Positions 11,245 through 23,209 of a DNA stretch of 56,763 nt are shown piece by piece. Under the pieces are notes generated by a model. The model saw only the letters and a program-made list of their open reading frames with translations, was not told the origin of the DNA and did not search any database. Location of the stretch: contig NC_133618.1 in NCBI RefSeq assembly GCF_048593235.1, positions 1,798,001 through 1,854,763 on the forward strand. Direction: 5' to 3'. The number at the start of each line of letters is the position of its first letter. The stretch's first letter is position 1. Source of the DNA: Sminthopsis crassicaudata (Eukaryota). A program made the translations under genes and the position numbers.

Positions 11245-11768
11245 TTTCCACTCAACTCCCTAAGATTAGACCATTTCCCTGTCTTACTCAAAATCCTCCA
11301 ATGGCTCCCTATGGTCCCAGGGATTAAATATAAAATCTACTTGTCATTTAACGTTCCTTTCTAACTTGATTCTTGGCTGTCTTTCCAGTCTTCGGACACT
11401 TTGCAATCTTCCACTAATTCTATGATCCAGAGACACTGGAGATATTTCATGTTCCAAATGCATACTTCCGGGCTGCCCGAGTTCCTGGAGCACTTTCCTC
11501 ACCTCTGCTTCCTGGGTCTCTTAAATTCCTTCAAAGTTCAGCCCCAATTCCACTTTCTGCAGAAGACCATCTAAGTCCCCTTTTGTTGTCTTGTAAGGCT
11601 ATTTTCCATTGGCACTGTATGTCATTTATAGGAACAAATTCATTTACATATTGTCTCCCTTATTATTCCCATTATGTGAACTCCTTGAGGGCAGGGACTA
11701 TTGTTGCCTTTCTTTACATACCTAGCATCTGGACCTGACAAAGATATTTGGAAATCCTTATTGACTGG
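11245..11768 (+). mobile_element. L2 3' portion
   Basis: ctccaatggctccctat...tgtgaactccttgagggcagggact...ccttattgact. Confidence 0.8.
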
Positions 11769-12139
11769 CCCATGATGAAGAGTAGAGAGCTGTATTTTTT
11801 AAAATAGTTTTGGGCAATCCTTTATGTGGAGCTATTAATTTTTTCAATGGGGAATAAAATAAAAGTGGTTCCTCTACCCAATAGAAGTTGTTTCCGTGAG
11901 TGCTTTATGAGAACAATATTGCAGGGACCTGGACATGAGCTGTTTTCAAGCAATATTTTGAGATTGTCCCAGTGAAACTCTGCATAGGGGGCAAAATGGG
12001 CAAAAGTGGCATAAGGTCTAGCATCCCTCTTACAATAGAAATTGGTTGGGGGGCAAGCCTAGAGCTTATGTATACTTGCCCATGAGTTACATAGGCCAGT
12101 GATAATTGAATAGAGGGGGCTTGTGATTAAAGCTACTGC

Positions 12140-12241
12140 CTCCTAGTTCATGACTAGGAGTATTGTGAAGAGGTGATTTATGGGCTTCATTAAACTTTTT
12201 ATTGTGATTTATTTTATGATACTGTGCACAGTGATTTATGG
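12140..12241. promoter_or_regulatory. Candidate enhancer: homotypic PBX-HOX motif cluster
   Basis: TGATTTATGG at 12174 and 12232, TGATTTAT at 12205, overlapping TTTTATGA, in non-repeat DNA. Confidence 0.45.
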
Positions 12242-12494
12242 AGGGTAATTGAAGCACTGTGAAGAGGGGTTCTCTACCTCTCTCCATTTAGTGCTCAGTT
12301 AGCCATCAAGGAAGCTCTAAACAGAGGGGATGGATCTTCTCAAATGTGAGTGCACAAAAGGGACCATCGAAATGCCAAGTGATTCAAGTGAAACAGGTCC
12401 TTGTTCCAGCACCCGCTACCTTTGCAGCTCATCCTGGCTCTAGTTATCTTTATTAGACATCTGAAAGGATAGAGTTCTGCTCTTTGCTATTTAT

Positions 12495-12675
12495 ATTGCA
12501 AAATGAAGAGTCTGAAACACTGGGTAGACATGATCTCATTAATGCTCTAGACATCTCAGTGAGGTAAGTGTAATTATCTGGCTTTTATTGAGTTTAAATT
12601 ACTTTCCCAGGTGTCAAAGAGATTGGTGACAGATCTTTGAAATGGACTGAGGTTTCCTGATGTCCACCCCAGTGA
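12495..12675 (-). mobile_element. MIR, antisense (rearranged or degenerate)
   Basis: atctcattaatgctctagacatctcagtgaggtaagtg and aaattactttcccaggtgtc. Confidence 0.55.
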
Positions 12676-12779
12676 TAGTATATTAAGTGAAAGCTTCTGT
12701 CACTCTTCAGAAAACAAATCAGTGTCTCGCTAGCTATCTGGACAAAGATAGAGAAAGTAATATACATCGGTGTGAATCC

Positions 12780-13380
12780 TCCCTCCCTCACTGACCCTCC
12801 GGATCACGGCTTCTCATCATGTACCAATTACATCCTGGTCGTTCCTTCTAGCTTACCTCTGTTTCTTACTGAATATGAATGGCTCTACCTCTCACACTCT
12901 GCCCTAACCAAAGTGGCCTGCTCCTTGTCACCTAAACTCAACATTTCCCCTGCAAGGAGAGGGGGAATTTGTAGAGGCAATTAATTCCCCCTTGCCCCAA
13001 AGGCTCTCCCTCCCCATCTCTGCTCCTACAATCTCAAAATCACATCAAGGATCAGCTTGGGTATTTTTTTTACTATTAATCCTGTTACCCACAATTAATT
13101 AATCACATGACTCTCCTCCTACTTCACTAAACATGATGGAAGCGCTTTCAGATAAGAAATTGCTTTGTTTTATCATTGTTTCTCTTACATTGACCAAAGG
13201 ACCTGGAACACAAGAGGAATGTGATAAAGGTTCAAGATTCAGTCAGTTGACCAGCAGTTATTACGTGCCTTCTATGTGTCAGACATTATGCTAAATGAGA
13301 GGAAAAAAGGCAGGTCAAAATAGTTCTTGACCTCAACAAGCTCACAGTCTAATGGAAGATACAAAATATAAATAGAGACC
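12780..13380. mobile_element. L2 fragments (12780-13140 sense; 13238-13380 antisense)
   Basis: Pyrimidine-rich L2 body, then cagttattacgtgccttctatgtgtcagac...gacctcaacaagctcacagtctaatgg. Confidence 0.6.
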
Positions 13381-13769
13381 TTTATGAGGATAGAAAGTCA
13401 CCAGATCTGGAGGACCAGGCATTCCAGCCAAATATAGTCAGATCCTCCCACTGAGTATGAAAATAACCTGAGGGTGGGGGAGAGCAGTGATAAAAATAAA
13501 AAGCAGTGATTGTCATTGAAACATTAAAGAAACACAAGAAGAAAGTCAAGGGAAATTCAAAAGGGTACAGAGGAAAGCAGGACAGTGTGGCAAATGTTCT
13601 ATTAAATTTTCTATGTGCTTTAAAAAATAGGCTCTGGGTAATAATGATTGAGAATTTCATGCATAATTCTCTTTTTTTTCTTTGTCATTGTAAAAGGAAT
13701 ATTTTGTTTGTTGGTGATTGTCAGATTCGTCCTAATAACAAAAATATATTTTAAAAAGAAGAAAATGAA

Positions 13770-14320
13770 NNNNNNNNNNNNNNNNNNNNNNNNNNNNNNN
13801 NNNNNNNNNNNNNNNNNNNNNNNNNNNNNNNNNNNNNNNNNNNNNNNNNNNNNNNNNNNNNNNNNNNNNNNNNNNNNNNNNNNNNNNNNNNNNNNNNNNN
13901 NNNNNNNNNNNNNNNNNNNNNNNNNNNNNNNNNNNNNNNNNNNNNNNNNNNNNNNNNNNNNNNNNNNNNNNNNNNNNNNNNNNNNNNNNNNNNNNNNNNN
14001 NNNNNNNNNNNNNNNNNNNNNNNNNNNNNNNNNNNNNNNNNNNNNNNNNNNNNNNNNNNNNNNNNNNNNNNNNNNNNNNNNNNNNNNNNNNNNNNNNNNN
14101 NNNNNNNNNNNNNNNNNNNNNNNNNNNNNNNNNNNNNNNNNNNNNNNNNNNNNNNNNNNNNNNNNNNNNNNNNNNNNNNNNNNNNNNNNNNNNNNNNNNN
14201 NNNNNNNNNNNNNNNNNNNNNNNNNNNNNNNNNNNNNNNNNNNNNNNNNNNNNNNNNNNNNNNNNNNNNNNNNNNNNNNNNNNNNNNNNNNNNNNNNNNN
14301 NNNNNNNNNNNNNNNNNNNN
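13770..14320. other. Assembly gap (551 N)
   Basis: N run. Confidence 1.
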
Positions 14321-15347
14321 GAAGAGAAAAGAACAGGGTACATTTTTATTAGTTGTGGTGGAGATAGTTATTTGGTTTCTTTTGTTATGTGTTTTCTAAT
14401 CTGAATTCCTGCATTTCTGGGAGTTCAAATCTCTAGACTTTCCAATTAACAAGATAAATCAAATACATGAGTATGAAGAAGGAACTTCTCCTAAATTGTT
14501 CCTCTTTTCTTTCCTGTGATATAGAAGTGACCCTACAACTCTAGTTTATCTATAGCTCTACTATGAACTGTGAACCACGCAACTTAGAGATCAGAAATCT
14601 TCTTAGAAAGGTCTTTATTCTTGCCCAGTGGCACATTAAACACTGGTCACTTGGGGACTAGTTCAACTAAGTATGGGAAGATTCATTAACAAAGATTTCA
14701 ATAACAGGTGATAAATCAGAGTAGTTCATAATTATCGTCTCCCTAAAGGGGGAAGTATAAAAATGGTAAATGTACGATGTAAATCAAGAATGGGATAGCT
14801 ATTTATTTCCTACTTACAAAAGAAATGCTAAACACAAAAACTCTCACTAGTTTTCAGTGACAGAAAGACAATACAATATTCAGGAACTATAACTGTTTTC
14901 ACACTCAGGAGATTGGTAGAAAGTTAAACAAATGACAGTTCTAATTACTGTTATCTCTTCTGGGAGACTCAGCCTTCACTGTTGGAACATGAAACATTTG
15001 TGGGAATGCTTAGTAGGCATTTGTTACGTTTCACCTTGGCAAGTCAGACCAAGGCTGAGTTTCTTGCTGGTATATTCATCTCTGATTCAGAAAGTGCCCT
15101 TCCTTCCCCAGTATACCAGCTCTAGTACTTCAGATCACTCAAATTCACAAGGTTGTCTTCAAGACTAGAAGCATCTATCTCAGAGTGGCTCATCACTTAC
15201 CAAAGATCAGAAGAGAAAGACAAAGCATAAAAGGTGGCCATTAACCCAGGCTGTAACTTTCTAAATTGAGTTTCTTGGCTCTAGCTGTGACTTAAGAGTG
15301 GTTGCCAGATAGAATATATAGAATAGAGGTGATCAATCAGACCCTAC

Positions 15348-15383
15348 CCTTCCTGGAGGAGACTCAAACGGAAATTACAAGCT
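15348..15383 (-). CDS. Candidate 36-nt phase 2-2 exon (ACNFRLSLLQEG)
   Basis: ctcattttcctcttttctctgatggacttcag acceptor and GG|GTAGGG donor; open frame compatible with the 10138 exon. Confidence 0.15.
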
Positions 15384-16350
15384 CTGAAGTCCATCAGAGA
15401 AAAGAGGAAAATGAGTTAAGAGGACTCCCTTTTAAGGGTCCAGGCCTCCATTAGCTCTCCTTCCCCAGGAACCAATAAGGGCACAGCTTCATCATCTCCA
15501 AAATCTCCGCAGTGCTCAGTCATGTCAGGATGTCCAGAAAGAGCCAGAGGCCGGTGGACCCAAGGGCCCGAGGGCTCAGTTAGCAAAGAATAGAAACAAG
15601 CAGACATGCACAGACCAGGTACTATATGAAGAAGACAAGTATATACCTGTAATGTAACCTGGGAAGAGGAAGTGATGAGAGGAGGAATTCAGAAAAGATA
15701 CTAGAAGTATCAAGGAAGTCAGGGAGAGCAAAACAACAACAACAACAAAAAAAGATGGAAGCATCAGCTATGATAATATCAATGAGATGATTATAAGGAT
15801 GCTGAATTCAGAGTAGCTGAAAACCAGGAAAGATGTAGGAAGCAGGGAGGAAAAGAAAATTCTCCTCTCACTATTGGGCAGGACGGGGCAAGCATGGGTG
15901 GATAAACCATAGTGGAGGCTTTTGCCTGATGGTTTTTCTGGGCCATAAAAGGCAGTTAAATCTAAGATAACTGAGAGATAAAGATAGCAGCATGCCTTTG
16001 GAAAAATATGCAAATTTAGTTCAGTTTAGTTGTGATTTGCTTTTGAGAGAAAGGTTGATAAAGAGAGAAAAATTAGGAAAAATAGCTGGATTGCACCAAG
16101 TATATATAGAGAAGAGCCAGGGTGAGTACAATATGATTCTGAAGGTATCGAGTGACTAAGTCATAAGGTGTCTATAGGAGGGGAAGATATTATACAGAGT
16201 CAATAAAAAAACATAAACTGGACCTTGTTACTAATGGGAGGAAATATGAGACTGAAAGAAAAGCAATAGCTACTAATATGGCCATCTATCATATTTCTAT
16301 GTATTTACATATATATGGAATATATGTTATACAAAAATTCACAGATAGCC

Positions 16351-16356
16351 ATGCAT

Positions 16357-16411
<55 letters not shown>
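16351..16411. repeat. Alternating purine-pyrimidine tract (GC)n(AC)n
   Basis: atgcatgtgcgcgcgcgc followed by about 22 AC units. Confidence 0.97.
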
Positions 16412-16413
<2 letters not shown>

Positions 16414-16624
16414 TTAAAGCTAAATCAAAGTTAACGTCAATCGTTATATTAACGGGGACCAGGAAGGTGTTTACTAATGACAATCCCTAGAAGACCATTT
16501 AATATACAACTGAGTAAAAGCTATAGATGATATAGTATGTATTTATGGCTATGTGGGTGTACAAAAACATACAGACAGACAAATCATTCCATACAGACAC
16601 TTTTCTAACAGCAAGCTCCATTCA

Positions 16625-16731
16625 TGCATCAAAATTCCTGCAGATTCTTTAAAATATTTAATTACAGAGATAATGTTGTTATCCTATCTGTGCATCAAAA
16701 TTATTGCAGATTCTTTGCAATTTTTAATTAC
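16625..16731. repeat. Degenerate 41-bp direct repeat, 66-bp period
   Basis: tgcatcaaaattcctgcagattctttaaaatatttaattac vs tgcatcaaaattattgcagattctttgcaatttttaattac (36/41). Confidence 0.85.
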
Positions 16732-17344
16732 CAAGTTAAGAGTGTGACCCCTCAGTTGATAAACCTCAGGCAAGGCATACTAATAACACAGCAAGATCTC
16801 CGATTTCCATACGTGCTTCTCACTATGATGGAGGGGAGCAGCCTGGAGCTTTAAGGTGACAAGCGAGACTCCTTTTGTATGGGCAAGTTTTCCAGCCCTC
16901 ATTACGGGATGATCTCATGCCCATTATGTCAATGGCTAGAACTTCTCACGACCTCCTAGAAGAAATCTAAATTTGAAATAATTGTGTTTACCATGCACAC
17001 AGGGAAAAAAAACAGATGAAAAGAATCTTTTTGCCAAGATTATGACATTTATTTAGACAAAAAAACAAAAAACAAAAAACAAAAAAACAAAAACCCTATA
17101 GTCTTGGGCCACTGGTATGGATATCTAGGACAGAGAATACAAATAGACAGACCTAAAATAAAACAGGAGTAGGTGAGGAAGACAGGAAATTGCAAAACTC
17201 CTTTAATAACACAAAACGCCTCCCAGAAACCTAGGGCTATCTTTTTTTTTAAACCAATATTCTTGCATGGCAGCTAGATAGATATTGCCATATCCTGAGA
17301 ATTGAACATGAGTCTCACACAAAGGATAGCAGCATGAAATAATG

Positions 17345-17465
17345 CTAATTGTGTGACCCTGGGCTAGCCCCTTCCCCTCCCTGAGGATCAGTCTTCTCAT
17401 CTATAAAGTGAGGGGACTGGAATAGCCAACTTTTGACAGGGTCCTTCCAACTCTAGCCCTCTGCC
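17345..17465 (+). mobile_element. MIR
   Basis: gtgtgaccctgggc...tcagtcttctcatctataaagtgagggg. Confidence 0.75.
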
Positions 17466-17989
17466 CTAGGGAATGTTGATCTTCAGGATTATGTATGAGC
17501 AAGAAAGAGAAAGTACAAATCATGTGATAAGAAGGATGGATGGTGAATGGAAAGCCCAATTAGGAAAGGAAAGGGCTGGGGTACAACAACATATAACATT
17601 TGTTTAATGCTTTAAATCCTCCTGCAGGTAATTTGGTCCCATCTATTGAAGATCCAGAAAAGCAAGTCCTTGCTACCAAAATCTTTGACTGTCAAGCAGT
17701 TCATTTGTCCAAAGCTGATAGGATTTTATCTGAGATTCAAGAAACTTTATCATCTGCTTCATCATTGCACCCAAAATACCCTTCCATTGAATTTGCAGTC
17801 AAAACTATCTCTTTGCACTGTCTCCTCCATGCAAACACAAGTTCTTGGGGAACAGGAAATATCTAGCTTTGCTATTTGCACTCTCAACATTTAGTACAAG
17901 ATTTTACACTTGTTGATGTTTCATAAATGCTTTATTCAATTTTTCATGCAAAGGATTTTATAAATATCTAATCTGATGCTCACAAAACC

Positions 17990-18146
17990 TCTAGGGATTA
18001 GGTGTTATTGTTATTTTCATTTTATAGATAAGTCTTTGGCATGAAGAGAAGTGATTTATCCAAGAACATACTGCTAATAAGTTTCTAAGGCTGAATTTGA
18101 ATTCAGTTCTTTTGGACTCCAAGCCCAGAATGTTATCCACTGTACC
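17990..18146 (-). mobile_element. MIR, antisense
   Basis: ttttcattttatagataag...gaatttgaattcagttcttttggactccaagcccagaatgttatccactgtacc. Confidence 0.8.
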
Positions 18147-18589
18147 TATCGGAGGACATGAATCAACGTCACACAGTATGGCCAAAGAGGTATAAGTTAT
18201 GACCTGAATCATTGAAAGATACTTCCAGAAACATGGAATCACAGGTAAAACTCTAGTATTTTGAGTAATCTTGCTGTGATTCTTTCTAGAAAGAACCCCT
18301 AAGTTTATTAGAATTGTGTTCAAAATAATCATTAGGAAGCTTTTTAGAGGTAAAATGAATGACCTTTAATGCTAGAATGTCCCAGAATTTATTTGAAATA
18401 TTCAAATGCTTGTCTGTTCCCATCTTGATTTGGAGTGATGCTGGTTGATTTATTATTCAGAAAGCTAAGTTATGGGTGAGTGCAATCAAACTATACAAGA
18501 ATTAACCTCTTTCCCCAAGCAATTTAAAATCTACTGGAGGGTGATCAAACCCTTATTTCTATTTTTAAAAAAATATTCTCCATAAGCTG

Positions 18590-19645
18590 ATGCAAGGTGG
18601 AATGTACTGTGTATAAAGTAACAGCATATTCTATGATGATTGGCTGTGAATAACTTAGATGTTCTCAGCAATGCAATGATCCAAGACAACTCTGAAGGAC
18701 TCCCGAAGGTATCTGTCCATACTCAGAGGAAAAAAAATCAATGGTGTCTGAATACAGACTGAAGAATATTTTTTAAAACTTTATTTTTCTTGAAATTGAA
18801 AATCTATGTTTTCTTTCAAAGAATAATAATTTTTTTTATTTTAACAGTATTTTATTTTAAAAAAAAGTACATGTAGAGATGATTCAGACCAGTTCCAATG
18901 CTCTTATTTATGATCAAGGTGTAGTCATCTACACCTGGAGAGAGAAATGTGGGAATTGAGTATAGATTACACATAGAATTTTACACTTTTTGTTGTTGTT
19001 TGCTCTCATTTTGTTTTCTTTCTCATTTTTTTCCTTTTTTATCTGATTTTTCTTGTGCAGCAAGATAATTGTATTAATATGTACATATATTGGATTTAAC
19101 ATCCATTTTTACCATGTTTAACATATATGGATTACTTGCCATCTAGGGGAGGAGGTGGGGAGAAGAGGGGAAATTGGAACACAAAGTTTTGCAAGAGTCA
19201 ATGTTGAAAAATTATCCATGTATATGTTTTGAAAATAAAAGGCTTTAGTAAAAATACATATAAATTTAGTTTTCAACATTTTTTTGGTAAACTTTGTGTC
19301 CTAAAGTTTTTTTCTCTCTCTTTCCCTTACCCTTCACATTAAGCAATCTGATACAGGTTAAGTATGTGAAATCCTTTAAAATATATTTCCATATTTGTCA
19401 TGTGTGCAAGAAAAATCAGACCAACAGGGGGGAAACATGATAAATAAACAAACAAAAGGGGGAAATAATTATATCTATTATGGAAATATTTTGTATACTG
19501 TATATGTATAAAATTGTTTGCCTTCTCAATGGGGATGTGTAGGGAAAGAGGAAGGGAGATAATCTGGAATGCAAAGTTTTAAAAACATGTGAAAAGTTGT
19601 GTTTTTTCATATTACTGGGGAAAATAAAATACTAAATAAAAAATT
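18590..19645. mobile_element. Nested L1 3'UTR fragments (older + copy interrupted by a + copy at 18885-19255 and a - copy at 19265-19500)
   Basis: Segments align by eye to the L1 3'UTRs elsewhere in the window, in the stated orientations. Confidence 0.7.
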
Positions 19646-19699
19646 AGGAAAATAATTATGCTCCAGCATTTCTTCTCTCATGACTATAACTGATAAAGT

Positions 19700-22090
19700 G
19701 AACAAGCATCTATTATGTCCTACTAATGTGCCAAAAGATATGGTAAGCATGTAAGATGCAAAGAAAGGTTAAAAACAGGCCCTATTAAGGATCTCATAGT
19801 TTAATGAAAGAGATAATATATAAATAACTATATACAATATTGAAGATAATCACTGAAGGGAAAACATTGGAATTAATTGAGAAAGATCTCTTGCAGATAC
19901 AAAGAGAAATTCCATTCCAAACAAATGTTGAGAGTATAAAGTATTTGGGAATCCATCTACCAAAGAATAGTCAGGAATTATATGAGAAAAATTACAAAAC
20001 ACTTGCCACAAAAATAAAGTCAAATTTAAATAATTGGAAAGACATTCAGTGCTCTTGGATAGGCCGAGCAAATATAATAAAGATGACAATACTCCCCAAA
20101 CTAATCTATTTATTTAGTGCTATACCAATCAGACTCCCAAGAAACTATTTTAATGACCTAGAAAAAATAACAACAAAATTCATATGGAAGAATAAAAGGT
20201 CGAGAATTGCAAGGGAACTAATGAAAAAAAAAGTCAGAGGAAGGTGGTCTAAGTGTACCTGATCTAAAGCTATATTATATAGCAGCAGTCACCAAAACCA
20301 TTTGGTATTGGCTAAGAAATAGACCGGTAGATCAGTGGAACAGATTAGATACAAAGGACAAAAAAGGGTACATATATAGCAATCTAATCTTTGACAAACC
20401 CAAAGATACCAACATTAGGGACAAAAATTCATTATTCGGAAGAAACTGTTGGGAAAACTGGAAATTAGCATGGCAGAAATTAGATATGGATCCACACCAT
20501 ATACCAAGATAAGATCAAAATGGGTCCATGATTTAGGCATAAAGAATGAGATCATAAATAGATTAGAGGAACAGAGAATAGTCTACCTCTCAAACCTGTG
20601 GAGGAGGAAGGAATTTATGACCAGAGGAGAACTAGAGATCATTATTGATCACAAAATAGAAGATTTTGACTACATCAAACTAAAAAGTTTCTGTACAAAC
20701 AATACTAATACAAACAAGATTAGAAGGGAAGTAACAAATTGGGAAAATATTTTTAAAAGGAAAGGTTCTGACAAAGGTCTCATTTCCAAAATATATAGAG
20801 AACTGACCCTGATTTATAGGAAACCAAACCATTCTCCAATTGATAAATGGTCAAGGGATATGAACAGACAATTCTCAGATGATGAAATTGAAACTATTTC
20901 CACTCATATGAAAGAGTGTTCCAAATCACTACTGATCAGAGAAATGCAAATTAAGACAACTCTGAGATACCACTACACACCTGTCAGATTGGCTAAGATG
21001 ACAGGAACAAATAATGATGAATGTTGGAGGGGATGTGGGAAAACTGGGACACTGATGCATTGTTGGTGGAGTTGTGAAAGAATCCAACCATTCTGGAGAG
21101 CAATTTGGAACTATGCCCCAAAAGTTGTCAAACTGTGCATACCCTTTGACCCAGCATTGCTGTTATTGGGATTATATCCCAAAGAAATACTAAAGAGCGG
21201 AAAGGGACCTGTATGTGCCAAAATGTTTGTGGCAGCTCTTTTTGTTGTAGATAGAAACTGGAAGTTGAATGGATATCCATCAATTGGAGAATGGTTGGGT
21301 AAATTGTGGTATATGAAGGTTATGGAATATTATTGCTCTGTAAGAAATGACCAGCAGGAGGAATATAGAGAGGCTTGGAGAGACTTACATCAGCTGATGC
21401 TGAGAGAAATGAATAGAACCAGAAGATCACTGTACACTTCAACAACAATACTGTATGAGGATGTATTCTGATGGAGGTGGAAATCTTCAACATAAAGAAA
21501 ATCCAACTCACTTCCAGTTGATCAATGATGGACAGAAATAACTATACCCAGAGAAGGAACACTGGGAAGTGAATGTAAATTGTTAGCACTACTGTCTGTC
21601 TACCCAGGTTACTTATACCTTTGGAATCTAATACTTAATGTGCAACAAGAAAATGGTATTTACACACATATATTGTATCTAGGTTATATTGTAACACATG
21701 TAAAATGTATGGGATTACCTGCCATCAGGGGGAGGGAGTGGAGGGAGGGAGAGGATAATTTGGAAAAATGAATTAAAAAAAAAAAAAAGAGAAAGATATC
21801 TTGCAAGAGTGAGATTTTAAATGAGATTTGAAAGTATATGGGGAAGCCAGGAAGCAAAGGCAAGGAAGGAAAGAATTCCATGCATTGGGAGCAGTCAAGG
21901 AAAATGCCAAGAAGCAAGAGATGAAGGGACAACAAGTAGGCCAGTGTCATTGAATTATAGAGCTTGTGAAGAAGAGGTGAAAGAAGATTGGAAGTGTGGG
22001 AGGCAGACATATAGTGAAGGGCTTTAAGAATCAAACCTAGGAGTTTCTATTCTATCCTGGAGGTGAGAGCTACTAAAAATTCTTGACAAC
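19700..22090 (-). mobile_element. L2 antisense, split by the L1 at 19896-21788
   Basis: Reverse L2 motifs on both sides are continuous across the TSD. Confidence 0.7.
19896..21788 (+). mobile_element. Young 5'-truncated L1 (ORF2 RT end to C-terminus, 3'UTR, poly-A)
   Basis: ORF2 peptides YLGIHLPK, IIKMTILPKLIY, HMKECSKSLLIREMQIKTTLRYHYTP and the cysteine-rich end; stop at 21471; poly-A; 17-bp TSD with 1 mismatch (19879-19895 / 21789-21805); disrupted by frameshifts. Confidence 0.97.
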
Positions 22091-22177
22091 CCAAGTTAAA
22101 TAGGTATTAAATTATTCAATTCATTCAATAATTTAATTCAATTGAACAAAAAAAGACATTGTCCCCTCTGTGGATAT

Positions 22178-22430
22178 TGTTGTTTGTCAGTTGTTTCAGT
22201 CACATCCAACTCTTAGTGATCCCATTTGAGATTTTCTGATCATAGATCCTGAGAAGTTTGCTATTTCCTTCTCCAGCTCATTTTGCAGATGAAAATCTGT
22301 AGCACACAGAATGAAATAACTTGCCCCAGGATCACACAACTTGTATATGTCTGAAGCCATATTTTTATTCCAAAAAATGAGTCTTTATGACTTCAGACCC
22401 AGCACTCTATCCATTGATCTACCCCATTTC
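22178..22430 (-). mobile_element. MAR1-type marsupial CORE-SINE, antisense
   Basis: gttgtttcagtcacatccaactcttagtgatcccatttg (RTE-like tail) plus cattttgcagatgaaaa CORE. Confidence 0.8.
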
Positions 22431-23209
22431 TTCATATGCCTAGTGGATACAAAATAAAATAAAATCTACTTCAGGCCCTTAAGGAGTTATATTATACTAA
22501 AAAAAGATATTTAGATATCAGATCCATTTGAGGAAGGTTAGACACTCTTAGAATTAAAATAGAGTAAATAGTCATTAGTAATGACATAAAATAACTAGGG
22601 ATAGTAAAAACAGAAAAAAATTGAAATGACTAAGAAAATATCAGAAATTACATGTCAAAAACAACTGACATGGAAAACATATCAAGGAAAAATAATTTAG
22701 GAATCACTGAAAAATAGAAAAAGACAGAGGACAAAGACAGAGACAGAGTATGAGAGAGACACAGAGACAGATGTTACATGGAAATCATGAAACTTTCTCA
22801 ATACATTGAAAAACAGGAAAAAAATTAAAAAACAGAGAAAATCCACCAAACACATCTTGAAACAAATCAAGATGGGAACTCCATAGAACATTATAGTGAA
22901 AATTTTGGCTTCTAGGACAAAGAAAAAAAATGCAACAAGCAGCCAAAAAACTATTAAGATATCAAGAATTAAGAATCACACAAAAGTTAGCAGGTACCAT
23001 TATGAAGGAGTTGAATACAGAATACAGGCCAAAACATATAAGCCTACCATCAAAAATAATTTACCTAGCAAACTGTCTCTACAGAGGGAAAATGAACCTT
23101 CAAGAAAACAGAAGACTTCCAAATGTTTCTGATGAAAAACTAGTAATGAGTGCCAATTGTGAAGTACAAACATAGAAATCAAGAGAAACACAAAAGTGTA
23201 AGTACAGGT

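Noticed and set aside
13648-14352. Long ORFs of 203-234 aa
   Set aside because: Artefacts of translating through the N gap; likewise 28370-28861 and 41170-41355
20449-21471. 340-aa ORF as a host gene
   Set aside because: It is L1 ORF2 C-terminus within a TSD-flanked, 5'-truncated, frameshifted insertion; the same applies to 19840-20262, 43676-44524, 54765-55097 and 30272-30568
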